From: an uncultured delta proteobacterium
GTDB taxonomy: Bacteria; Myxococcota_A; Polyangia; Fen-1088
NCBI GenBank assembly: GCA_963796685.1
Contig: CAWCMR010000003.1
Span: 31,759 to 95,758, forward strand
Direction of reading: 5' to 3'
Length of the DNA stretch: 64,000 nucleotides
Of the stretch, positions 49,701 through 60,203 are shown in pieces. The first letter of the stretch is position 1. Every line of letters starts with the position of its first letter. The notes below the pieces were generated by a model. That model made no database searches. It saw nothing but the letters and a program-made list of their open reading frames with translations, and had not been told where the DNA came from. A program made the translations under genes and the position numbers.

Positions 49701-51010
49701 CAGTGTCCTGCGATGGATCGCAATCGCGCTGCGTGAACGCTCTTCGGGTGAAGCCGTAGGAATTCCTCGGCGTGCGACTGAGCGGCATCCGATCGGCCAG
49801 ATCTGGCCAAGGCGTCGATGCGCAGCACTTCGGCCTCCAGACGGAGTCGGCCATGATGAAAATTCTGAAAGTAGGCATCGAGCAAAGACAATGCCCCAAC
49901 GAAGTCGCCACCTGCGAGCGTGGCACGAACCGTATCGAGGGCGTCGAGCTCCGCGCGCAGATTCGCGCTGCTTGCCACACCTCTCCTCGAAACCCTCGCG
50001 ACCGGGGCGGGAGTCGCGCGGGTGGGAATTTCAGGAACAGGCGGGGTCGCCGCGGGCGCTGGCGCAGGTAACCTTTGCACAGGCAGCATGGCTGCGACGG
50101 TGGGTGGCGCAGGCGCCGCTGACGGGGGCGCGCCTTGCCTCAGCATGAAGTAGCCGGCTGGGACACCCACCAGGACGGATGCCGCCGAAACGGTCAGGAG
50201 CAGCTTGGTGCCCCAGGTCTTTCCCCAGAACCATGCCAGAGCGCTACCCGCCGCGAATCCGGTCGATCCCGTAACCCCAAGCGTGGCCAAGGTATGCGCT
50301 CGCATGGTCTTGGGGCCCTGGTAGGACCGGAGCTCGCGCAACAACGTCTGTTCAAGCGCGGTGCCAGCACCTTCCAATAGGCGTTGCGGTTCTTCCATTA
50401 CCCCACCTGGGAAGCTCAAGCCATTCTCGAGCGTGGAAACGCGATCGCGGAAGTCGGCCCGCGCCCTTCGCAAGCGGGAAGCTACCGTTCCGTTGGGAAT
50501 CTTGAGCGCGGCGCCAATTTCCGCGGCTGTCATCTGCTCGACCTCATAGAGCACGAAGACGACGCGAAGGTCGCTGTCCATTTGGCTAAGAATCTGGTCG
50601 ACGGTTTGCCTCATTTGCCGGCGGTCGGCCAATTCTTCGGGCGTCGAGACGGGATCGGCGATCTGGGCCAGCTGGTCGGTCAGGACCTCGCGCCGCCGGG
50701 CGATGGTGCGTCGGGAACGCGCGGCGATGTGGAGTGCGGTTTGCAGCAGAAAGCTCCTCTCGGAGCCGATCTGCACGTCATCAAGACGGTTGGACAAGAC
50801 GATGAACACCCGCTGCACCTCATCGTCGATGTCGGCCTCGGCAGTCCCGGCATTGCGTAGAATTCGCGCCACGAAGTCGATATGGTCGTCGACCAACCGG
50901 CTCAGACGCGATGTCGTCGTCTTGTGACCTGCCACGCTGTTCAGGGTACCAACAAGTCCGAGCGCGAACAAGGCGACCTTGGGCTGGGCCAGCCCTGATC
51001 TAGAAGCCAT
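49700..51010 (-). CDS. ECF sigma factor read in frame with a downstream TM anti-sigma-like protein
   Basis: Sigma regions (DD..Q.VF; EI...L.IP.GTV.SRL.RAR); a second ATG near 50398 starts a TM, Pro-linker, TPR-like part. Confidence 0.8.
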   Translation of the reverse strand: MASRSGLAQPKVALFALGLVGTLNSVAGHKTTTSRLSRLVDDHIDFVARILRNAGTAEADIDDEVQRVFIVLSNRLDDVQIGSERSFLLQTALHIAARSRRTIARRREVLTDQLAQIADPVSTPEELADRRQMRQTVDQILSQMDSDLRVVFVLYEVEQMTAAEIGAALKIPNGTVASRLRRARADFRDRVSTLENGLSFPGGVMEEPQRLLEGAGTALEQTLLRELRSYQGPKTMRAHTLATLGVTGSTGFAAGSALAWFWGKTWGTKLLLTVSAASVLVGVPAGYFMLRQGAPPSAAPAPPTVAAMLPVQRLPAPAPAATPPVPEIPTRATPAPVARVSRRGVASSANLRAELDALDTVRATLAGGDFVGALSLLDAYFQNFHHGRLRLEAEVLRIDALARSGRSDAAQSHAEEFLRLHPKSVHAARLRSIAGH

Positions 51011-52038
51011 AGGCGAGCCCAAGACCGGCCAGCGGCGAGAGGGTTGGGGTTTTCTCCACCACGTTGCTCGGCAGCGTGGTGTAGAACTCTCGTCGGAAGA
51101 AGGGCGCGCTCACGCCGGCTTCCAGGTCGATCGAGAAGCCACGCCCGAGGTAGACGGCCATTTGCACGACCGCGCCTGCGCTGAGCCAAGGCAGATCCAC
51201 CGAGCTTGCGCGGGCTACCTGGTGGCCACGCACGGAAAGCAGGCCGGCCATCACCAAGCCACAAGGCTGCACCCTTATGATGCTGGCCCCCAAGCTCATC
51301 CCACAGATGGTCACGACGAGCCCGGCCAAGCTTGCTTGGGCGGCACCAGGGGATCCCAAAACATCGTTGCGGAAGTAAGTGGCGGCCATCCCCACCGTCG
51401 GCCGGAACCCTTCACTGCCTGGCGTCCAACGCCCGAAGACCGCGATGCCTGGGCTCGCGCCTGAAGACACGAAGACCGAGCCAACTGACGCCGCGCCGAG
51501 CTGGAAGCGGGGATTGCTTCGGGGAGCGGCAAAAGAAGGCGGCTCTGCCGGCTTTCGGACCTCCACCGGCTGCACCGCGGCCGGAGCGATCGTAGGCGGA
51601 GGACTTGCGGGGGCGGTCGTCATGGGGGCCGGGATTGTCACCCTCGCAGGGAGCAGCACGCTGGGATCGAGTGCCACCGCCGCGGCGAGCGACAGGGCCT
51701 GCACCACATCGTCGCAGTTCGCTCCCTGCACCCTGCGCGTGTCGGTTCCCCCGCGATCGTCCACCATGCGGAAGCTCGCCCAGGACGTAACGGCGCATCT
51801 CGATCAGCCGCACCTGAAGGGTTGTGTGGGGCTCGTCGCCCGTGGCTTGCCGAACGAGGTGGGTACGAAATCGTAGGCCGTCGAAGAAATCCGCGGCATT
51901 GGCACATCCAACTGGGGCATCGATTTCCACTTGGACAGGCTTGACCTCCGCTGCTGGATCGGAAACCACCGCCAAGTTGGCGGCGGTCGCGAGAAGGAAA
52001 AGGGGGGCGGCCGGGAACACGACCGTAGGTTGACACAA
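51000..52038 (-). CDS. Putative outer-membrane beta-barrel protein with periplasmic N-domain (frameshift near 51775)
   Basis: Signal-like N-terminus, two Cys, Pro linker, alternating beta strands, terminal GLGLAYGF. Confidence 0.65.
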
Positions 52039-52288
52039 GTCGAACCAGAGGGGGCACCGCCGTTGCCATCCGCGATACCCATCGAGTTGCCACCGCTGCC
52101 GCCGGTCCCGCCCGCAGTGCCACCGCTTGCCGTGTCTCCCCCAACCCCTGACGCGCCGCCTGTCGGGGTTACAGAGCTGCTGGTGGAAATTCCCAACCTG
52201 CCGAGATCAAAAGCCAAAGATCCGGAGATTCAGTACTAATGCCACTTGTGCCTACGTACAACCACGCCCTGATTTCAAGGAAGTACTC

Positions 52289-54320
52289 ATGACAATGCGT
52301 CCGATTGCCATCTACACCTTTTCCCTTGCCATCTCGGTGGCTGGCCTAGCTGGCTGCTCATCGACGGGACAGAAGGCTCAACCGGGAACCGGAGGGAAAA
52401 GCGGAACCGGCGGGATTCTCGCCAGTGGCGGAGTCAGCGGTGAGGGCGGTGCGGCAGGCTCAGGGGGGACGAGAACCGGTGGCTCGGGCTCTGGCGGCGT
52501 CACCACGACCCCAGGCTCGGGCGGGAACGGCGGTGGCTCGGCAGGCGCAGGCTGGAATGTCCGCTGGCGGAACAAGTAGCGGTAGCGGCGGAAGGCCCAA
52601 CGGCGGCGCCTCCGGCAGCGGAGTAGGCGGCGGCAGCGGGGGTGCGATGTCGACCGGCGGAGCCATCGCGACAGGCGGTACGACTCTCGGCGTTTCCACG
52701 GGTGGCGCGACGACAGCGAGTGGAGGTGCGACAACCGTAGTGGGCACGGGCGGGACCACCTCGACGAAAGGCGGGAGCACGGGCTCGGGCGGCGCCGCTG
52801 CTGGAGGGACCACCGGAACTGGCGGCACCACGGGAACCCCCGGAGCGACGACGCTGGTTACCTGTCCCGACCCACCAGGAACGACAGCAAGCCCGCTCTA
52901 TTCCGTGACCGTGGGTGGCAAGCCCTTGTTCGTGGAGAAGCGGACCCAATTCTCCCCGGACATGCAGGTGCACTACGCCCACGGATCGCTATCCGGGACC
53001 GGTACTGCCACCGTCGCGGTGACGGTCAGCGAGAGCTTCAGCTCGTTCACCGTAAGCCCCAAGAGCCGGAAGCTCTCCGCCACCAAGAGCGGAAACACGA
53101 TCACCTTCGACACCGGACCCAACTACCTGATTCTCCAGTTCGACTCGAAGGAGCTGCTGTTCATTCTGCTCGACGCGGAAGAGACCAATCCACCCCAAGT
53201 AGGCGACGCCAATGTGAAGAGCCTCGCGGACTACACGGTCGACAACACGGGGGCGACGCTGGTGACCTCGAAGATTCAGTCGGCCATCGATGCCGCCTCG
53301 GGGGCCACCCAGAACATCCTCTATGTGCCACCGGGGAAGTACAAGGTCGGCGAGCTCGCGCTCAAGAGCAACATGACGCTGTATCTCGCCTGCGGCGCTG
53401 TTCTCTATGGCTCGAGCTCCACGGGTGATTACAACACCGTTAGCGGCGGGATCAACATCGAGGGTGCTCAGCACGCGTTGCTTCGGCTGTATCAAATCAA
53501 GAACACGAAGATCTTGGGTCGCGGTGTTCTCGACGCCAATGGGACAGCCATCCGAGCAGCGGGTCTCAATGCCAATTTACTGAAGATCGAACAGAGCTCC
53601 AATATCACCGTAGATGGGATCGTGGCAACAGATCCGAGCTACTGGAATACTCTGATCTACCGCAGCGACACCGTGACGATTCAGAACTACAAGGTCATCA
53701 ATCACCGGCCGAATGGGACGGACTACAACCAAACCGACGGCGTCGACTTTGACGAATCGACGAATAGTACGCTGTACAATGCTCTTCTCTATACCGGCGA
53801 TGACGGTATGGCCCCAAAGAACGAAGACAGCAACGGCACTATCAACACCAAGAACATCACCCACCAACACATCGTGGTTTACAACAATTCCGTGGGCTGC
53901 AAGATAGGCACGAAGAGCATGGGCCAGTCGATGGACGGGATCACATTCAAGGATATCGACGTGGTCAAGGCCGGGCGGGCCATGACGATCGAGGCCTATG
54001 ACACGGCCGTGGTGAGCAATACGACATTCGAGGACATCCGAGTCGAGGCCGCGGACAGCATGCTCATCAATCTGGCGCTGGATCAGCCACCGACCTGGCG
54101 AACCGCAGCCGATACCGGCGTCTACAAGGATACCTATTTCACCAATGTGAGCTCGGATGTGAAAAAGGTCATCAGCCTACATGGGAAGTCGTCGTCCGTA
54201 AATATCACAGGCGTTCACTTCAAGAACCTCACGGTTCTGGGCAAGACCATCACCAGCCAAACCGACGCCAACGCGAGCTGGGACATCAACTCCTACGTTT
54301 CGGGCATCTCGTTTCAGTAG
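52289..54320 (+). CDS. GH28-like beta-helix glycoside hydrolase lipoprotein (frameshift near 52550)
   Basis: Lipobox LAGC, Gly linker, IQ.AID..LYVPPG.Y, NQTDG.D and GDD...K. Confidence 0.75.
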
Positions 54321-54328
54321 GTGGCGTC

Positions 54329-55988
54329 ATGAGGAAAGGCATCACGACGGTCCTGGGTATTACCCTGCCACTCTTCTCGGTCGGTCAGGCCTTGGCGCAG
54401 ACCGCGACGGTCACGCTCAGCAGCCAGAAGCAGTCCATCCGTGGTTTCGGTGGCATGGTCCACATCCCCTGGGCCGGAGACCTGACCGCCGCCGAGCGAA
54501 CCCTCGCCTTCGGGACTGCCGATGGGCAGCTCGGTCTCACCGTTCTGCGAATTGCGGTGCCCGACGGCAACACGAGTGATTCGAGCTATGTGGCTACCGC
54601 CAAGGCTGCCATCGCCGCTGGTGGCATCGTCTACGCGACGCCTTGGAACAGTAGCGGGTCGATGAGCTGCCTCGGACTTCGCGACCTATGCGAGCCATCT
54701 GAGCAGCTTCGTCTCCTATATGAAGGGTCAAGGCGCCGAGCTCTTCGCCATTGGTACCCAAAACGAGCCCGATTATGGGTCGCAAGGCGGCTGGAAGACC
54801 TGGACCGCAGCTCAATGCCACGACTTCATGCTGAGCTACGGTGACCAGGTTGGGACAAAGCTCATTACCTGCGAATCGTTCAGCTATGCCAAGAGCTACT
54901 ACGATCCGATCCTCAACGACTCCGCCGCGGTCACGAAGATGGGTGTTTTGGGCACGCACCTTTACGGTACGCCCGTAAGCGGTTACTCGTATCCGCTCTT
55001 CGACCAGAAGGGCGCTGGGAAAGAGCGCTGGATGACCGAGCACTACACGGATAGCACGACGGACGCGAATTCGTGGCCCAACGCCTTGGGCGTCGCCACT
55101 GAAATGCACCACGCGATGGTGGAAGGCCAGTTCAATGCCTACACGTGGTGGTACATCAAGCGTAGCTACGGCCCCATCAACAACGGTGCGGTCACCAAGC
55201 GTGGCTGGTGCATGGGCCAGTTCTCCAAGTTCATCCGTCCCGGCTTCTACCGAGTGGATGCGACGGCCTCACCGATGTCCGGTGTGTATCTTTCGGCGTA
55301 CAAGAGCGATACGGATGTGGCCGTCGTCGTCGTCAATACCAGCTCGTCGACGCAGTCGCTCACGGTGGCGATCAACGGATCGAGCATCTCTTCGTACGAT
55401 AGGTTCACGACGTCCAGCAGTAAGAGCATGGCCAGCGACGGCAAGGTCGCCGTCTCGAACGGCTCGCTGACTCTGTCTCTGGATGGGTCGAGCGTCACCA
55501 CCTTGCACGGCACGGGCGTTATCACCGGCGTCGGTGGTTCTTCTGGCAGCGGCGGTTCTTCTGGCAGCGGCGGTTCCTCGGACGCTGGAGGAGCCAGGGA
55601 CGGTGGCCCCGACGGAAAGCGCGATGGGGGGAGCGACGTAGGTATTCCCGGCAGCGGTGGCGTACAGACGGTCGGTGGTAGCTCGGGCAGCGGCGGCGTG
55701 CCGGGGAGTGGTGGCGCGGTCGCGACGGGTGGCAGCTCGGGCAGCGGTGGCACCAGTGCCAAGGGCGGCAGTGGCGGCGAGAGCTCCGGTGGAACGCAGG
55801 GCAGCGGTGGTTCCGTCGCGCAAGGTGGAAGTTCCGGCACCGGCGGTTCCTCTATGAGTGGCAGCTCCGCCAATGGGTGCAGTTGCGCCGTCGGCGGACA
55901 TGCTGCGCGCTCGACTTTCCAGCTGGCGGCACTTCACCTGGTCGCGCTTGGGCTCATCTTCCGTCGCCACCGGCGACCGCGCCCTTGA
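54329..55988 (+). CDS. GH30_8-like glucuronoxylanase with MYXO-CTERM tail (frameshift near 54670)
   Basis: GFGG, QNEPD, WMTE, WWYIKRSYG, SKFIRPG; GCSCAVG-TM-RRHRR tail. Confidence 0.85.
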
Positions 55989-56348
55989 CGGCCAGAGAAT
56001 CCATCTTCTATCCAGGCGATCTACGTCTGGATACCGGTCTGCTCAGGCTGATCCTGTTTCATGCCAGTTGGCCTGGCAGCCCACCAGGAGCCCCGCGCAG
56101 GCGAAGACGAGCATGAACAAGCGAGCGGTCGATTGACTGAACATCACGAGCCCCCTTCCCGCCATGGGTGCGGTTGCCAATGGAGCATACGCAGATTGGG
56201 AGCTCCCTCGTGTGGCATATGTCACAAGCCGTGAAGGGGACCAGCGCCTTATTGGGGTCTTCTTGGACGGCATCCCAGCTCCCGATGTGACCGTCGGCAC
56301 CTGGGCCTCATTGGCAAGCGAGCTACGCTCGCATAGGATACGGAGCCT

Positions 56349-56975
56349 ATGCGTCGCCCACTCTTGTTCCTGTTGGCTCTCGTCTTGATCTCCGCGCCCT
56401 CCTGTGGACGCACGAACCTCGGCACGACGGTTATCGGCGAAGGTGGAACGACAGGCATGGGCGGTATGGTGCCCGGTGCTGGCGGTGCCCCTGCATCTGG
56501 CGGCGTGGAGGGCACCGGTGGGTCAACCTCTGGCTCTCGCGGCGATGCATCGCCAACCCGCATCTGCAATTGGCCAAGCTGCATGACCAGCGCGGGAATG
56601 GACTGCCTGCCTGCAGGACCCTGCATCCAGGATGGTTCCTACAGCACAGGCAGTGCGAACATCTGCTACTCGAACGGCGTGAAAGAAATCATCGCCATCG
56701 ATAGGTCGTTCAACGCGTCGATGACGGTGAAGAACGCCTCCATGACCTGCTTCACCATGAGCGGAAGCGTTCTACCTCTCATAACGGGAGGCAGCGCGGT
56801 GACCATGTCTATCCTGAACGCGGAGGGAACCCCCATCGGGTCTATCGCCCAAGATTTGACAACCAACCTGCTGACTGTCACCTGCTTCGGTGGCCAGCCG
56901 GCCTTGCTCGACTTCTCCTGCATGACCGGCCTTTCGCCATCGAACACCTGTACTTCAGGGACGTGTTTACCGTAG
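56349..56975 (+). CDS. Hypothetical Cys-containing lipoprotein
   Basis: Lipobox APSC, Gly linker, multi-Cys domain; GGAG RBS. Confidence 0.7.
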   Translation: MRRPLLFLLALVLISAPSCGRTNLGTTVIGEGGTTGMGGMVPGAGGAPASGGVEGTGGSTSGSRGDASPTRICNWPSCMTSAGMDCLPAGPCIQDGSYSTGSANICYSNGVKEIIAIDRSFNASMTVKNASMTCFTMSGSVLPLITGGSAVTMSILNAEGTPIGSIAQDLTTNLLTVTCFGGQPALLDFSCMTGLSPSNTCTSGTCLP

Positions 56976-57034
56976 CCCTTCGCAGGGTTCGCGCTTGCTC
57001 CGCCCGCACCTGCCCGGATGATTTGCCCGATATC

Positions 57035-57110
57035 AAGCGGAGAAGCTGCGCAAGGAGAACGAGGCCAATCTCCTCGCCTTGGCCACCGAGAAGATCCAGA
57101 ACAGCTCGCT
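57035..57110 (+). repeat. 76-bp relic homologous to the kinase gene segment 47255..47330
   Basis: Manual alignment gives 70/76 identical bases. Confidence 0.9.
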
Positions 57111-57510
57111 ATCCCCAATACCCAGGGATGTTCGAAGTCGTTTGAAGGCTTGCCAGAAAACAGTCTTCGCCGCACTATGCCAGTTGCGGCATGCCGCCGT
57201 CTCGCGGGTCGGGAGCCACCCTTGCCGGACGCCCAGGGCTTCTTACATTGACGTCAAGAAGGCGGCTCGCGGGATTTCGTCGAGGATGGCCTTGACCCGT
57301 TCCGGCGTCATGGACGGCGCTCCCTCGAAAGCGTTGCGGTGCTCCTTCGTTCTTACCCGCCTTACCCGAGAGATCAAGGCACCTCCTGTGCTCCTAATCC
57401 CGCGACAAGCGCAGTGCTCTCGCGGAAGGCGGCAGAAAGAGACACCTTTCCACGATGGATGCTCGCACCCAATCGGAACGGCGAGTGGTGGTCGTAGGCG
57501 TAGTCGTCCC

Positions 57511-57560
57511 CGTGGCCTTGGCCGTGGCCGAGGATCACTCCGGCCACGGCCAAGGCCACG
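57511..57560. repeat. Perfect 20-bp inverted repeat of GGCCAC-type hexamers (hairpin)
   Basis: CGTGGCCTTGGCCGTGGCCG, 10-nt loop, CGGCCACGGCCAAGGCCACG. Confidence 0.85.
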
Positions 57561-57715
57561 ACCACGGCCACGACCTCCCGCGCCTATCGCGGGATTATGG
57601 TGTGCCCGCCTAAACCTCGGCGGCCAAGGTGGCGATACATCACCTGCAATCTTGCGACGGCAGCGCCGTTGCGATAGATGCTGCTCGCACTCTTCTTCGC
57701 CTTTCGTATACACCC

Positions 57716-60186
57716 ATGACTCAAACGACTCCCGAGACCTCCAGCCCCGATCTGGCCCCGCTGCGTGACTTGCTTGCAACCTGGCCGAGCTCAAGCCACG
57801 CAACCTCATCGCCGTCTTGCAGCGCACGCAGGAAGTCTACGGCTACCTGCCCATGGAGGCGCTGGACGCCATCGCCGACAGCATGCACATCGCCGAGGCG
57901 CGGGTGTACGGCGTGGCCACCTTCTACTCGCAGTTTCGTCTGAAACCGCAGGGCGAGCACGTCATCCAGGTGTGCAACGGCACGGCCTGCAACGTGAAGG
58001 GGTCGGAAGATCTGCTGGGCGAGCTGGTGGCGGTGCTGGGCCTCCACCCTGGCGATACCACCCCCGACGGTAAGGTGACGCTCGAAAAGGTGAACTGCGT
58101 GGGCGCCTGCGGCGTGGCACCGGCCATCGTCGTCGACGGCGAGGTGCACGGCCGTGTGACCCCCAAGTCGGTCGGGCGACTGGCGCGCAAGCTCCTCACC
58201 GCGCCCAAGCCGGTGGCGCTTTCGCGCAAATCCGCGGCCGACAAGGTTCGTGGGCGCACCTTTCTCGAACGCTGCTGCGACAAGTGCCAGAACCGTCCCG
58301 GCACGCCGTGCCCGAATTTTCTGCTCTGTCGCATGGAGGGCCTTTCCTGCCACGACGACGAGCAGTGCGGAAAGTTCCGCGAGGAATTACGCCAGCTGGC
58401 CGAGCACAACGCCCCCCAGTACGTGGCCACGGCCTTTCTGTGCAAGGGCCTGACCTGCGACGCCAGCGACGAGCCAGGGGTGTACAAGACCTTCCTCGCC
58501 GAGCTCAAGAAGCGCGGGCTTTCCGGCAAGGTCAATTTCATCGAGACCGGCTGCCAGGGGCTGTGCGAGGTGGGCCCCATCGTGCAGCTCAAACCGCTCG
58601 AAGCCTTCTATTGCCGCGTGAAGCCCGCCGATGTGGCCGAGATCGTCGAGAAACACATCCTCGGCGGTCAGATCGTCGAGCGCCTGCTCTACGCCCCCGG
58701 TCACGTGACGGAAGCCTCGATTCCGTTTTACAACAAGCAAGTCCGCCGCGTGCTCTCCAACACCGGCAAGATCGATCCCGAGAACATCGACGAGTACCTG
58801 GCGCGAGAAGGGTACAAGGCGCTCTACAAGGCGCTCAAGGAGATGACGCCCGAGCAGGTCATCGCCGACGTGATCGCGGCCGGCCTGCGCGGCCGTGGCG
58901 GCGGTGGTTTTCCGACCGGTAAAAAATGGGAGATCGCGCGCGCCCAAGCCGACGCCACCCGCTACATCGTGTGCAACGCCGACGAGGGGGATCCGGGCGC
59001 GTTCATGGATCGCAGCTTGCTCGAAGGCGACCCGCACCGCGTGCTCGAAGGCATCCTCATCGCGGCCTACGCCATCGGCGCCGAGCACGCCTTCATCTAT
59101 TGTCGGGCCGAGTATCCCCTGGCCATTCGTCGTCTGGAAATCGCCATGGCCCAGGCGCGGCTGTACGGCCTCATCGGTCCCAACATTCTGGGGACCGGCA
59201 AGAGCCTGCACGTCGAGATCGTGCAAGGCGCGGGCGCCTTCGTGTGCGGCGAGGAGACCGCCATGCTCTCCAGCATCGAGGGCAAGCGTGGCATGGCCCG
59301 CAACAAGCCGCCGTACCCGGCCCAGCACGGCTTCTCCGGCCACCCGACGTGCGTGAACAACGTCGAGACCTTCGCCAACGTACCGCTCATCCTGGCCAAG
59401 GGCATCGCGTGGTTCCGCAGCGTGGGCACCGAGAAGAACGCGGGCACCAAGATCTTCTCGCTGTCGGGCAAGATCAGGAACACGGGCCTCGTCGAGGTGC
59501 CCATGGGCATCACCCTGGGCGAGCTGCTGCAAGACATCGGTGGCGGCGCGCCCGAGGGCTCGACCATCAAGGGCGCACAGACCGGCGGCCCCTCGGGCGG
59601 GTGCATCCCGGCCGACCGCATGGACGTCACGGTCGACTACGAGAGCTTGAGGCGCCTCGGCGGCATGATGGGCTCGGGCGGCCTGGTGGTCACCGACTCG
59701 GGCACCTGCATGGTGAACTTCGCCAAGTTCTTTCTGGGGTTCACCCAGCACGAATCGTGCGGCAAGTGCATCCCGTGCCGCGAAGGCACCAAGCGCATGC
59801 TCGAGATCCTGGAACGGATCACGGATGGCAAGGGCAAGATGGAGGACATCACCGAGCTGCGCCACCTGGCGCTGGTCATCTCGCGCACCTCGGCCTGCGG
59901 ACTCGGGGCCTCGGCGCCGAGCCCCGTGGTGTCGACCCTGCGCTACTTCGAGCACGAGTACGTGTCGCACATCAAGGACACGCGCTGCCTGGCCGGCGTG
60001 TGCCGCTCGCTGCTCACCTACCACATCCTGGCCAACTGCCGCGGCTGCGGCCTGTGCGCGCGCGGCTGCCCCGTCCAGTGCATCAGCGGCGACAAGGGCG
60101 AAATCTACGCCATCGACAACGCACGCTGTATCAAGTGCGGCGAGTGCAACCGGGTATGTCCCTTCGGCGCCGTGGCGCGCACCTAG
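57716..60186 (+). CDS. hydB: Fused NuoE/NuoF-like HydC-HydB subunit (frameshift near 57795)
   Basis: GVATFYSQF, CNGTAC and CVGAC, then a thioredoxin-like Fd, GRGGGGFPTG, DEGDPGAFMDR, GGPSGG and C-terminal 2x4Fe-4S in one ORF. Confidence 0.88.
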
Positions 60187-60203
60187 AGGAACGGAGATTT
60201 GCC

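Noticed and set aside
52040-52217. Gly-rich minus-strand stretch as a gene
   Set aside because: No credible start or domain; probably a linker relic or the miscalled 5' end of the barrel gene
57243-57311. Minus-strand MTPERVKAILDEI resembling a NuoE C-terminus
   Set aside because: Too short to distinguish from chance
58926-60203. 1006-aa HydA with a long N-extension
   Set aside because: The extension is an off-frame overlap of hydB; an RBS and ATG lie at 60204
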